Virus record (IMG/VR): IMGVR_UViG_3300042484_000872
Location: 1 to 48,337 of that record
DNA: 48,337 nt
Reading direction: 5' to 3' (one strand)
Origin: a virus
Taxonomy: Duplodnaviria; Heunggongvirae; Uroviricota; Caudoviricetes
A program made the translations under genes and the position numbers. This document shows positions 1-8,498 of this stretch, piece after piece. Numbering within the stretch: the stretch's first letter is position 1; each line of letters starts with the position of its first letter. A model generated the notes under the pieces. That model worked only from the letters and a program-made list of their open reading frames with translations. It did not search any database and was not told where the DNA came from.

Positions 1-8
1 TAAAATAG

Positions 9-431
9 ATGATGATGAAGTGTAAAACATGTGGAAAGAATTCTGATGGAGAATATTGTTTTCAACATAAAGCTAGAAAGCCCTTATCAACTGGTAAGGG
101 TTTTTCTACTAAAATGTCTGGTATTTCAAGCATAAAGTCCAAAAAAGCTGTTAATGACGGACATATCATACAAAGAGAATTCTTTTTATCTATATGGAAG
201 AAAAGAAAGCACCATTCAGAAGTGAGTGGAACCTATTTAGGATCTGAACCTATGAGTACATATTTTCACCATATACTAGCTAAAGAAAAATACCCAGAAG
301 CTTGTTTAGATGAAGAAAATATTATACTTTTGACACTTGAAGAGCATTCTAACGTAGAAAATGATATGTATAGGTATGATGAAGTTAATAAAAGACGTGA
401 TAGTCTCAATGAGAAGTATAATATACTTTGA
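9..431 (+). CDS. HNH-like nuclease-fold protein with N-terminal Cys/His zinc knuckle
   Basis: CKTC...YCFQH at the N-terminus; FHHILAK...ENIILLTLEEH resembles an HNH core. Confidence 0.55.
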   Translation: MMMKCKTCGKNSDGEYCFQHKARKPLSTGKGFSTKMSGISSIKSKKAVNDGHIIQREFFLSIWKKRKHHSEVSGTYLGSEPMSTYFHHILAKEKYPEACLDEENIILLTLEEHSNVENDMYRYDEVNKRRDSLNEKYNIL

Positions 432-534
432 TGCACTTAACGCTGTGATAGAACAAAATATCAAAGACAACAAAAAAGATGTAATTAAGTATACATCTAA
501 AACAACAATGAAATATAACAAGTGGAAAAAATGA
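409..534 (+). CDS. Small hypothetical protein (41 aa, MRSIIYFDALNAV...KWKK), not in the ORF track
   Basis: Manual translation; its TGA (532-534) overlaps the PhoH ATG (531) as ATGA and it fills the intergenic gap. Confidence 0.45.
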   Translation: MRSIIYFDALNAVIEQNIKDNKKDVIKYTSKTTMKYNKWKK

Positions 535-1178
535 AAGAACCTAATCGAGTTAGAAAATCAGACATTAAATATGCTGTAGTCTTAAATGAAGAACAGAAGC
601 TTGCTAAACAACTAATTATTGATAATCAAATAGTAATTGTTACTGGTAGAGCAGGAAGTGGTAAGTCATTAGTGTGTGCACAATCAGCTTTGGATTTCTT
701 AATGAAGAAACAATGTGCTCATGTGTATGTTACTAGAGCTACAGTTGAAGTGGGAGAATCATTAGGGTTTTTACCAGGAAGTCTTGAAGATAAATTTAAT
801 CCTTATTTGGAAGCATTTCAAGAGAACTTAGAAAAATGTTATGATAAAATCAAAATTCAAGAATTGGTTAAGGACAAGAAAATACTTGCTTATCCTATTC
901 AGTTTATACGTGGTAAGACTATTGATGATGTTTTGGTGGTGGAAGAAGCACAAAACCTGTCAAAAGGGGAAATGCTCGCCATACTAACTAGACTTGGTAA
1001 AACAGGTAAGATTATTATCAATGGTGATAATGAACAAAAAGATATCAAAGAATCATACACAGGTCTATCATATGCAATAGATATTTCAAAAAAAATAGAA
1101 GGTATAGAATGGATCAAACTTAAAGCTAATCACAGAAGTGATCTTGTAGGTAAAATATTAGATAACGAATACAATTAA
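531..1178 (+). CDS. phoH: PhoH-family ATPase
   Basis: Walker A GRAGSGKS, LGFLPGSLEDKF, FIRGKT, VVEEAQN, TRLG and GDNEQKD motifs. ATG 531 preferred over the track's GTG 522. Confidence 0.93.
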   Translation: MKEPNRVRKSDIKYAVVLNEEQKLAKQLIIDNQIVIVTGRAGSGKSLVCAQSALDFLMKKQCAHVYVTRATVEVGESLGFLPGSLEDKFNPYLEAFQENLEKCYDKIKIQELVKDKKILAYPIQFIRGKTIDDVLVVEEAQNLSKGEMLAILTRLGKTGKIIINGDNEQKDIKESYTGLSYAIDISKKIEGIEWIKLKANHRSDLVGKILDNEYN

Positions 1179-1184
1179 GAAACA

Positions 1185-1412
1185 ATGATTGCTTATACAA
1201 TATTTAATATTCTTCCTTCTAAAAACATCTGGAAGTTAGAAAGTATAGTTAGAGAAGAGAAGATTGATTCTATAATTTCTAATGACACCATTGCAATTAT
1301 TTATCCAGAGTTAAATTCAATGTGGTATAACATAGACTTATTACGTTTGTGCTATCCTAAAGAAGAATGTAAAGAAATCATTAAAGCAATTAAAACAAAT
1401 AATATATTATGA
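1185..1412 (+). CDS. Hypothetical protein
   Basis: 75-aa ORF; ATGA overlap with the thioredoxin gene. Confidence 0.6.
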   Translation: MIAYTIFNILPSKNIWKLESIVREEKIDSIISNDTIAIIYPELNSMWYNIDLLRLCYPKEECKEIIKAIKTNNIL

Positions 1413-1669
1413 GTATTGAAGTATTAAAATTTAGTGCCTCCTGGTGTGGCCCTTGTAGAGTGTTAGCTAACACATTAAAAGATGTTGATGGAATAACAAA
1501 CATTGACATAGAGAAAGATCAAGAAACAGCTAGAAAGTATGGAATAAGAAGTGTTCCTACAATGGTGTTTTTAAAGAATGGTGAAGAGGTACATAGAATC
1601 TCTGGATCTATGCCATTAGAAACATACAAACAAATCTTGAATGAGATTAATGACAGTAAAGAACTTTAA
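1409..1669 (+). CDS. trxA: Thioredoxin
   Basis: FSASWCGPC active site; YGIRSVPTMVFLKNG cis-Pro loop. Confidence 0.93.
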   Translation: MSIEVLKFSASWCGPCRVLANTLKDVDGITNIDIEKDQETARKYGIRSVPTMVFLKNGEEVHRISGSMPLETYKQILNEINDSKEL

Positions 1670-1672
1670 TAG

Positions 1673-1993
1673 GTGGAAGTATTTGATAAACATACTTTTG
1701 TACAAGTAGATAATAACACTTTTGAAAAAAATGCAGAAGCTTTTTCTACATTATTTAAAGACTGCAGATACTTTGTACATAAAACAGATAGCTATCCAAA
1801 TAATAAAAGAAAAATAGCTAAATTTGCTTCTGGTTATTTATTTGTTTACGTACCTGTTAAAAATCATCCTTTTTATAGTTTAAAAACAGGTCCAGGAAAA
1901 GAAATGAATGATGAAACATTAAACAAATATTGGAAAGAAATTTCAAGAAGAGATTTCTTTACATTAGAAGAATTACACGTAGTAACAAATTAA
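1673..1993 (+). CDS. Hypothetical protein
   Basis: 106-aa ORF with GTG start, in tandem with its neighbours; no recognised motif. Confidence 0.55.
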   Translation: MEVFDKHTFVQVDNNTFEKNAEAFSTLFKDCRYFVHKTDSYPNNKRKIAKFASGYLFVYVPVKNHPFYSLKTGPGKEMNDETLNKYWKEISRRDFFTLEELHVVTN

Positions 1994-2004
1994 AATCAAC
2001 AAAT

Positions 2005-2280
2005 ATGAACAATCAATTTATTTACACAGCTGTAATAGCTGACAAGGAGTTTAAAGCTTCTTTAAATCTTAACAAGGTTATTAGAACCTTAACTAATGAA
2101 GATGGATCTCTCATTGTAATCCTAGATGATTTCAATGAGAGAGTAACACAACAACCAGATATCGACATTAAGACTAACAAGATGAAAGGATATAAGAGTG
2201 TAAGAGAAACAGTTCAATCAGAAATCTTATTGAATGTAGAAGACGCAGCAAGATTTTTTAACTTAACAGAATACAAATAG
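2005..2280 (+). CDS. Hypothetical protein
   Basis: ATG 2005 (MNNQF) avoids overlap with the upstream gene; the track starts at 1930. Confidence 0.7.
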   Translation: MNNQFIYTAVIADKEFKASLNLNKVIRTLTNEDGSLIVILDDFNERVTQQPDIDIKTNKMKGYKSVRETVQSEILLNVEDAARFFNLTEYK

Positions 2281-2282
2281 CC

Positions 2283-2570
2283 ATGGCAAAATTATTAGGA
2301 AATCGTATCTATTTAGAGATACCAAAGAAAGAAGAAAGCAAACTTATTGTAGATGAAAATACAAAAGAAGCTTTAGAGAAAGAAATGATTAAGAAGATGT
2401 CTAAACTAACTATTCATAGTGTTGGTACAGCTAACATGGATGAATCATTAGTTGTAGGAGCTGTTGTTCTTGTAGATCCAGAAGCTTTATCAAAAGCTAG
2501 ATTGATTCCTTTATCAGAAGATGAAACTGTATTATTAGTTTCTCCTTTTGACATCATCCAAACCTGGTAA
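2283..2570 (+). CDS. GroES/Cpn10-like co-chaperonin
   Basis: KLLGNRIYL start, mobile-loop-like SKLIV, IHSVG, VVGAVVLV and C-terminal LLVSPFDII parallel the GroES pattern (KPLGDRVLV...VAVG...VGDKVL...DIL); 95 aa. Confidence 0.65.
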   Translation: MAKLLGNRIYLEIPKKEESKLIVDENTKEALEKEMIKKMSKLTIHSVGTANMDESLVVGAVVLVDPEALSKARLIPLSEDETVLLVSPFDIIQTW

Positions 2571-2571
2571 A

Positions 2572-3327
2572 ATGGACTATCCTTTCATATCTGCTAAATG
2601 CATCACTTATGGAAGAGTAGATACTCTTGAGGAAGCAATACAAAGCTTCCTCATTCAGGAGTATCCTGGTAAGAAAGAACTTATTATAGTTAATGATTAC
2701 CCTCTACAGAAGTTAGTGTATGATCATCCAGAAATAAAAATCTTTAATATGGATGAAACTTTCTCCACTATAGGAGAAAAAGAAAACTATGCTATAGAAA
2801 GATGTTCTGGAGAACTTATTGCTGTATGGGATGATGATGATGTAGCTTTGTCTAATCATCTATCTAATGTAGCTAAGTTTTGGAGACCAGATGCTAATCT
2901 TTTACACTGGCAAAATGGTGTGTTCTATAATGAGCCTAACATAACGCAATTAATGGCTCTTGGTAACTCAGGTATTGTATATAGCAAAAAAGCTTGGGAA
3001 GAAATTGGTAAGAGTCCAATAGAGAATGCAGGAGGAGATATGACATTAGTTGTAGCTATTCATAATTTAGGAAGAGATAAAGTGGTATTAGCTAATCCTC
3101 CTAATGAAGAATGTTCTTGGTTCTATATGTGGGGTGGTAGAGGATATCATCAATCAGGTATGGGAACAGACACTGCAGATAGACCTAATGTTATAAAAAG
3201 ACATAGCGATTATGTAGAAAATCTTAGAAGAAAAGGACAGATTCCTACAGGAGATGTTCATCTTATTCCTCATTGGAATAAGGATTATAAACAAATGTTA
3301 AAAGACTACATCAATGCAAATAAATAG
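2572..3327 (+). CDS. Glycosyltransferase, GT2 (GT-A fold)
   Basis: ISAKCITYGR...EAIQSFLIQEY...ELIIVND, N.AIERCSGELIAVWDDDD, GGD motifs; ATG 2572 directly follows the GroES-like stop. Confidence 0.88.
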   Translation: MDYPFISAKCITYGRVDTLEEAIQSFLIQEYPGKKELIIVNDYPLQKLVYDHPEIKIFNMDETFSTIGEKENYAIERCSGELIAVWDDDDVALSNHLSNVAKFWRPDANLLHWQNGVFYNEPNITQLMALGNSGIVYSKKAWEEIGKSPIENAGGDMTLVVAIHNLGRDKVVLANPPNEECSWFYMWGGRGYHQSGMGTDTADRPNVIKRHSDYVENLRRKGQIPTGDVHLIPHWNKDYKQMLKDYINANK

Positions 3328-3970
3328 TATATCAATAGATTCAACTAATTCTATTACAGAACTATGTCTTCTTGGAGTGAAATATCCAACAGATAAATCT
3401 CCATATAACACTGATAAGAATTTACATAAACATGCATATACATCTATATATAACCTATTATTCTCTAACATTAGATATAATAATCTACGTATAGGAGAAC
3501 TAGGTATATTAGAGAATCATTCTATGCTTTCCTGGAGAGAATTCTTTCCTAATTCTAAGTTATATGGATTTGAATGGTTTGATAGTAGATTAGATAAAGC
3601 TCTTGCTGATGGTATTGCAAATTGTGAATACACTAAGATGGATGTAACTAATCAATCATCTATTGAACAAGGATTATCTGCTGCAGGAAGTAATTTTGAT
3701 ATTCTAATGGATGATAGTACACATGTGTTTGAAGATCAAATTAAGTTTATTAATGTAGCATATAAACATTTAAAACCTGGAGGATTCCTAATCATAGAAG
3801 ATATATTTATTAGTGCTAAGGAAGAAGATTATTCAGAAGCAATAGATCATCTGTCAAGTTATTTCTCTTCTGCTACATTTATATTTGCTAATCATGATTT
3901 AAAACATTCTCCTGGATGGAACAATGATAAACTACTTGTATTACATAGAAACGATAAGCTATGTTCTTAA
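3314..3970 (+). CDS. Class I SAM-dependent methyltransferase, MycE/TylE-like sugar O-methyltransferase type
   Basis: TDK...HAY...Y, IGELGI, SMLSWREFFP, MDDSTH and LKPGGFLIIED motifs. Confidence 0.8.
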   Translation: MQINSISIDSTNSITELCLLGVKYPTDKSPYNTDKNLHKHAYTSIYNLLFSNIRYNNLRIGELGILENHSMLSWREFFPNSKLYGFEWFDSRLDKALADGIANCEYTKMDVTNQSSIEQGLSAAGSNFDILMDDSTHVFEDQIKFINVAYKHLKPGGFLIIEDIFISAKEEDYSEAIDHLSSYFSSATFIFANHDLKHSPGWNNDKLLVLHRNDKLCS

Positions 3971-4500
3971 ACATTATTACACCTTGCTCTAGACCAGAAA
4001 ACTTAGATGTTATATCTAAGAGTATAAATATTCCTAGAGATCAATATAGATGGATAGTGGTATTTGATTTATTAGAGAAACCAGGAAATATTCCTGATAA
4101 TTGTGAATGGTATGCTATCAAAGATGCTAATAGTACATCTGGCAATGCACAAAGAAACTTTGCTCTTGATTTAGTTACACATGGTCATATATATTTCAAT
4201 GATGATGATACTATTATGCAACCTAACTTATGGGATGAAATAAAAGATGAAGATGCTATAGATTTTATATCTTTTAAACAAGCAGAAAAAGATGGATCAT
4301 TAAGATTGGAAGGAAAGAATGTATCTGTAGGAAATATAGATAGTCATAACTTCATTGTCTCTGCAGAATGTGTAGGAAATACAAGATGGGTTCTTAATAG
4401 GTATGATGCTGATGGAGTATTTGCACGAGAGTGCTTTGAAAAAGCAAAAACTATATTGTATATATCCAAAATTCTTTCTGTATATAATTCTCTTAAATAA
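3961..4500 (+). CDS. Short GT2-like glycosyltransferase
   Basis: IITPCSRPENL, GNAQRNFAL, YFNDDD and YDADG motifs. Confidence 0.75.
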   Translation: MFLNIITPCSRPENLDVISKSINIPRDQYRWIVVFDLLEKPGNIPDNCEWYAIKDANSTSGNAQRNFALDLVTHGHIYFNDDDTIMQPNLWDEIKDEDAIDFISFKQAEKDGSLRLEGKNVSVGNIDSHNFIVSAECVGNTRWVLNRYDADGVFARECFEKAKTILYISKILSVYNSLK

Positions 4501-4501
4501 A

Positions 4502-4525
4502 AAAAGCCTCTTAATTGAGGCTTTT
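4502..4525. terminator. Bidirectional intrinsic terminator between the convergent gene blocks
   Basis: AAAAGCCTC-TTAATT-GAGGCTTTT hairpin with A/T tracts on both sides, between stops at 4500 (+) and 4527 (-). Confidence 0.85.
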
Positions 4526-4526
4526 A

Positions 4527-4688
4527 TTATTTTGATAATGATTTCTTTTTCATTGGTTGCTGAGCAGAAGTTCTTCGGATTTTATCATCCATAGACTTAT
4601 TCTCTGAGAAGGGTTTATCCTTTTTAGGAATCCCCACCTTTGGAGCCATTCTTGGTGCTCCAGATTTCTTAGCTTTACCAGCTGTCAT
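4527..4688 (-). CDS. Small basic protein (53 aa, MTAGKAKKSGAPRMAPKVG...KKKSLSK), not in the ORF track
   Basis: Manual translation; fills the gap between the 4693 stop and the terminator; Lys-rich like its neighbours. Confidence 0.75.
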   Translation of the reverse strand: MTAGKAKKSGAPRMAPKVGIPKKDKPFSENKSMDDKIRRTSAQQPMKKKSLSK

Positions 4689-4692
4689 AGAT

Positions 4693-5049
4693 TTACTTGC
4701 ACCCATACTTACACTTAGCTATTTTAGCACCTTTTTTAGCTATAACACCACGTCCTTTAAGAATGTCTGCTTTAGTAATCTTTCCATCTTTATTAAGATC
4801 AGGGAATGAACCACCAGTTTTAGCTTTCTTAATAGATCCACCAGATTTTTGTTTAGGCATGTTTTTAGCTTTTCTTCCTGGAAGTGGTAATACAGGAGAG
4901 TTTTTATCAAAAGGAGGTTTTTTTCCTTCTCCACCAACATTTACTGCTGGTTTACCTTTAGCATCTTTCATACCTTTGTATTCATCTGCAGGATTTTGTT
5001 TACTTTTATTTACTTTAGCTCCAGATTGAGCTTTTTTAATTGTTGCCAT
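4693..5049 (-). CDS. Lys-rich small protein with AxxG(G) repeats and an EF-hand-like loop; putative internal virion protein
   Basis: AQSG, QKSGG, AKTGG, AKKG; DLNKDGKITKAD. Confidence 0.75.
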   Translation of the reverse strand: MATIKKAQSGAKVNKSKQNPADEYKGMKDAKGKPAVNVGGEGKKPPFDKNSPVLPLPGRKAKNMPKQKSGGSIKKAKTGGSFPDLNKDGKITKADILKGRGVIAKKGAKIAKCKYGCK

Positions 5050-5068
5050 TATATATTGTTTTTAGTTG

Positions 5069-5314
5069 TTAACAGTTCCACTTGCGAAGAGCAAGAGTTT
5101 TTCTTGTAGGTTCACCATTTGGTTTCTTAGCAGGGCCTTTAACCCCTGACATTCTTGCACAGAATGATTTTTTTCTAGCACCACCTTGAGGTTGGGCTGG
5201 TTTTAAATTACTTCCTGTAGCTTTATTATATTTAGCTCTACCTTTAGCTGTAAGTCCTCCTGTTTTTGACTTTTCTCCTCTACCTATTGAGAGAGATACT
5301 GATTTCTTAGCCAT
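5069..5314 (-). CDS. Small basic phage protein, DUF6321-like
   Basis: GGLTAKGRAKYN..TGSNLK...RKKSFCARM...LALRKWNC, recalled as a conserved phage family. Confidence 0.65.
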   Translation of the reverse strand: MAKKSVSLSIGRGEKSKTGGLTAKGRAKYNKATGSNLKPAQPQGGARKKSFCARMSGVKGPAKKPNGEPTRKTLALRKWNC

Positions 5315-5745
5315 TATTTCTTAGCTTTAGCTTTAATTTTTTTCTCTTGAACTAATATAGCTTTTGTAGGTTTCTTACCAGATCCTTTATTCTTACGGAT
5401 ATTATCCCATAATCCACGTCTAGATGTACTACCATCAGCACGTTTAAGCATCTTACCATTCTTTACGACTGGTTTCATACCAGGCATTCCAAGAGCAGCT
5501 CCTCCAAGTTTACCACGAAGATCAGTGGTCTTTTTGTATATAGGATTATCCTTTCCTCCAGCCATTCCCATAATTGCTCCTAACATAGCTTTTTTAATCT
5601 TACCACCAGCTTTTAATGTGCTGCCTTTAAAGGGGCCTTTCTTCTTGATTAAAGGACCATTAGGAACAGGTGTTATCTTACCACCTTTACGTAATACACC
5701 AGGGCCTACATATGCTGTAGCTTTCTGAGGATTTAACTTAGACAT
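5314..5745 (-). CDS. Lys/Gly-rich basic protein
   Basis: 143 aa; LRKGG, LKAGG, AMLG motifs; TAATG-coupled on both sides. Confidence 0.75.
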   Translation of the reverse strand: MSKLNPQKATAYVGPGVLRKGGKITPVPNGPLIKKKGPFKGSTLKAGGKIKKAMLGAIMGMAGGKDNPIYKKTTDLRGKLGGAALGMPGMKPVVKNGKMLKRADGSTSRRGLWDNIRKNKGSGKKPTKAILVQEKKIKAKAKK

Positions 5746-5906
5746 TATTTCTTCTTATTAGATTTAGCAATTTTTTTGAATGTAAGAGCTAAAGTTTTAG
5801 CTTTTCCAGAACACCCCTTTTTTGTGATAGGTGTGCATTTCCCAGCAGTTCCTCTTTTTTTTATAGAGGCTGTTGCAGATTGAATCCACTTTTTATCAGT
5901 AGCCAT
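5745..5906 (-). CDS. Small basic protein (53 aa, MATDKKWIQSATASIKKRGTAGKCTPITKKGC...), not in the ORF track
   Basis: Manual translation; TAATG overlaps at both ends (5906 and 5745). Confidence 0.8.
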   Translation of the reverse strand: MATDKKWIQSATASIKKRGTAGKCTPITKKGCSGKAKTLALTFKKIAKSNKKK

Positions 5907-6343
5907 TATTTCTTAGACATTTTAGCTCCACACTTAGCCATCTTTGTAGCACCAAGTTGTTTATCTTTAGTAAGAGAAGCTTTTCCTTTAGCACCAGCTA
6001 ATGTTTTCTTTTGAACTTTTGTAAATGCTCCTTTAGGATCTACAGGACCAACTCTTTTGTTTGATGCTTTAAGTCCAGATAGACTTCCACCATTTTTCAT
6101 TTTCTTTTTAGGTGTAGATTTTTTAATTCTTTTACTAGCCTCATTATATCCTCTTATTTCAGGTCCTGAATTATTAGGTTCTTCGCCTTTAATTTTTTTA
6201 TCAAATCCTTTTTTGTAATCAGAACTATCTTTAGCTGTTGGAATGTTAAGATAATCAAAACCTCCAGCTCGAACATTACTGTAATTAGGTTTTAAAGTTT
6301 TTCCTTTCTGAGCTTTAGGAACTGCTTTTTTCATTGTTGCCAT
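5906..6343 (-). CDS. Lys-rich basic protein with AQKG/MKNGG/AKCG motifs
   Basis: 145-aa ORF; motifs shared with the cargo proteins. Confidence 0.75.
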   Translation of the reverse strand: MATMKKAVPKAQKGKTLKPNYSNVRAGGFDYLNIPTAKDSSDYKKGFDKKIKGEEPNNSGPEIRGYNEASKRIKKSTPKKKMKNGGSLSGLKASNKRVGPVDPKGAFTKVQKKTLAGAKGKASLTKDKQLGATKMAKCGAKMSKK

Positions 6344-6533
6344 AGCGTTTAAATGTTATATTAGGTTTAACGATTATATCTTTGTGAGTGTATTGCCACA
6401 TCTCACCTGTAGTATTAATAATAATTGTATAGATGGTGTCTGTTTCATGACCATAATCAGTCACAAAAAGTATTACCCCATCTCCCTTGGGTGTTGTAAC
6501 ATCTATTCTATTCTTTGGTTCGTATATTCTCAT
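6315..6533 (-). CDS. Hypothetical protein
   Basis: 72-aa ORF co-oriented within the operon. Confidence 0.65.
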   Translation of the reverse strand: MRIYEPKNRIDVTTPKGDGVILFVTDYGHETDTIYTIIINTTGEMWQYTHKDIIVKPNITFKRYGNNEKSSS

Positions 6534-6582
6534 AGAGAAGAGCTTTTGTTGCGGTGTTATTCATCTCCCAACACATAAGTTT

Positions 6583-6834
6583 TTAAAGATCTTTAGAATC
6601 TACTTCCTCTACAGGATTTTCATTCACTTCTTTAATGATATCAGCTTCTACACCAGCTATCATTAATTTTTCAATAACTTCGTTAGCTTTCATCATTAAT
6701 TGGAAGCGTGCTGCTTCTTCTGATGATAAATAAGCTCTAACTGTGTTAAGAATTAGACCGAAATCTTGTCCTGATAATGTGAATGTGTCTTCAGGAGTCC
6801 ATGTGTACTTGGAAGCAGGATTGTACTGTGCCAT
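6583..6834 (-). CDS. Hypothetical acidic protein
   Basis: 83-aa ORF downstream of a promoter-like site. Confidence 0.7.
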   Translation of the reverse strand: MAQYNPASKYTWTPEDTFTLSGQDFGLILNTVRAYLSSEEAARFQLMMKANEVIEKLMIAGVEADIIKEVNENPVEEVDSKDL

Positions 6835-6864
6835 AATTTAATTGGTTTTATTGTTTATAATCAG

Positions 6865-6896
6865 TAAAAGTAAATAATGTTTATGAATTATCCAAA
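6865..6896 (-). promoter_or_regulatory. Putative Bacteroidota housekeeping-sigma promoter (imperfect -7)
   Basis: On the - strand: TTTG, 20-nt spacer, TACTTTTA (one mismatch to TAnnTTTG), ~30 nt upstream of ATG 6834. Confidence 0.4.
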
Positions 6897-6900
6897 TTTA

Positions 6901-7059
6901 TTATTTATTTTTTAATTGCTGGATTTCCTCATAAACCTTTAGAAGTTCAACTTCTTTTTCAGCTAATAACTCTTCATCTGTTTGTACATCTTCTTCTGTA
7001 AAGAATACATCTATTAAACCAGAGTCATCATATACTTCGTGTCTTACTTGTGTTTTCAT
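6901..7059 (-). CDS. Small acidic protein (52 aa, MKTQVRHEVYDDSGLID...QQLKNK); possible fibre chaperone; not in the ORF track
   Basis: Manual translation; follows the fibre-like gene; acidic with a C-terminal heptad pattern. Confidence 0.65.
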   Translation of the reverse strand: MKTQVRHEVYDDSGLIDVFFTEEDVQTDEELLAEKEVELLKVYEEIQQLKNK

Positions 7060-7075
7060 ATCTATATTATTAGTA

Positions 7076-7786
7076 TTATTGTAACATTACCATTGGAACA
7101 GGCCCATTACTTAGAATTAGTAGCGTAGGATTTGCAGGAACTGGATCAGTATATAAATACACGGTATTAGAAAGAACAGTATATACGACACTAGCAGTTG
7201 CAGAATTACCTATTGACATTAAATTTCCAAGAGTTACACTTCTTATAGATTGAGTTGAATTTAAAATTGTTCCCATCCAATAAGTTTTACCAGCTTCAAA
7301 TGTATATACTGTGTTATATGTTTTTGTACCAAGAGTAGAGCAATCAAGATCTACAGATTCAATTAATAATCCATTTGGTCTACCGTTTACATCAGCATAA
7401 ACTAATATTTTTGCTAACGCTGAAGCAACACCAGTATTTACTTGAATTGAAACATTTGATATTGTTAAATCATTTGCTGGTATAAAAGGAGATAGGATCA
7501 TAAGATTTGAAACATACCCAGTACTACTTGGAGCGGTCCCTGTTAAAGCAACTGAATATTTTAATCCTGAAACTTGAGGAAGAAGCATATGAGCTCCACC
7601 TGTAGCAGTACTACTTACAGTGACATTACCTGTTGCTTGATCTACTGATACACCTGTTCCAGCTATAATACTAGTTACTCCTCCTCCTGAAGGAACTAAT
7701 GATGTAATTAATTCATCAAGGTTTAACCAATGATCAAATCCTTTTTTTCTTTTTTCCCAGAATCCTGGTTTTATAAATGTAGGCAT
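7076..7786 (-). CDS. Putative virion fibre/spike protein
   Basis: N-terminus shared with the collagen fibre; GVTSIIAGTGVSVDQATGNVTVSS fibre repeat; beta-rich C-terminal domain. Confidence 0.65.
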   Translation of the reverse strand: MPTFIKPGFWEKRKKGFDHWLNLDELITSLVPSGGGVTSIIAGTGVSVDQATGNVTVSSTATGGAHMLLPQVSGLKYSVALTGTAPSSTGYVSNLMILSPFIPANDLTISNVSIQVNTGVASALAKILVYADVNGRPNGLLIESVDLDCSTLGTKTYNTVYTFEAGKTYWMGTILNSTQSIRSVTLGNLMSIGNSATASVVYTVLSNTVYLYTDPVPANPTLLILSNGPVPMVMLQ

Positions 7787-7792
7787 AATGTT

Positions 7793-8077
7793 TTAATTTA
7801 AATTTATTTCAAATGTAATCACACTTGATGTTTTAATACTCTTACTCATATCAAGCCTTATTTGAAATATATTACAGAACTTCAATATCTCTTCTATGAG
7901 CATATTGTTATACTTAGGAAGACTTGTTGCTATTCTGAATCTATATGATTCTAAAGTTTTTGTTATCTCTAGACTACATAGTTCATCTACAGAAGAAATT
8001 ACACCCTCCAAATGTGCAAGAAAAACTTCATCGTTATCTTGCATCAATTTAGGAAAGTGTTTTCTGTTTATCTCCAT
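7793..8077 (-). CDS. Hypothetical protein
   Basis: 94 aa; TAATG-coupled to the upstream ferritin-like gene. Confidence 0.7.
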   Translation of the reverse strand: MEINRKHFPKLMQDNDEVFLAHLEGVISSVDELCSLEITKTLESYRFRIATSLPKYNNMLIEEILKFCNIFQIRLDMSKSIKTSSVITFEINLN

Positions 8078-8493
8078 TATGACAATGTTAATAGGTATTT
8101 TGTTTTAGCCGCTTCTCCAGATAAACTATCTGCAAGATTACATACATCGTGGAAAGAATTCTTCTCACCATATACTTTTAAATCTGATGCAAAAGACATA
8201 AGATCTGATACACATTGTTCAGGTTTGCAGTTGGTAAGAGGTTCAATCTTATAAATACCAGGTCTTTTTCCTGTATAGCCCATAATCTTTTCAACTACAC
8301 CATCTTTAAAATCATGTACATAATCATATAATCCACCAAGAGCTTGATGCTCTGCATAACTAGTAGTTTGCCAATGTAGCAGGTGTAATTGCTCATGAAA
8401 GTAAGTAAGCTTTGCAGCTATACTATCTAACGTTAAGCCTTCAGATGCTGATGATTTCATCATGTCATCTGGAAATAATGATTTTACTGCCAT
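8077..8493 (-). CDS. Ferritin-like/Dps-related protein (DUF5856-like)
   Basis: LHLLHWQTTSYAEHQALGGLYD...D..VE matches the Dps helix A/B pattern H(W)...H..L..LY...D...E; ends KYLLTL. Confidence 0.75.
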   Translation of the reverse strand: MAVKSLFPDDMMKSSASEGLTLDSIAAKLTYFHEQLHLLHWQTTSYAEHQALGGLYDYVHDFKDGVVEKIMGYTGKRPGIYKIEPLTNCKPEQCVSDLMSFASDLKVYGEKNSFHDVCNLADSLSGEAAKTKYLLTLS

Positions 8494-8498
8494 GATTA

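Noticed and set aside
3314-3970. DNA methyltransferase (anti-restriction)
   Set aside because: Lacks DPPY/NPPY or PC motifs; the pattern fits small-molecule or sugar O-methyltransferases.
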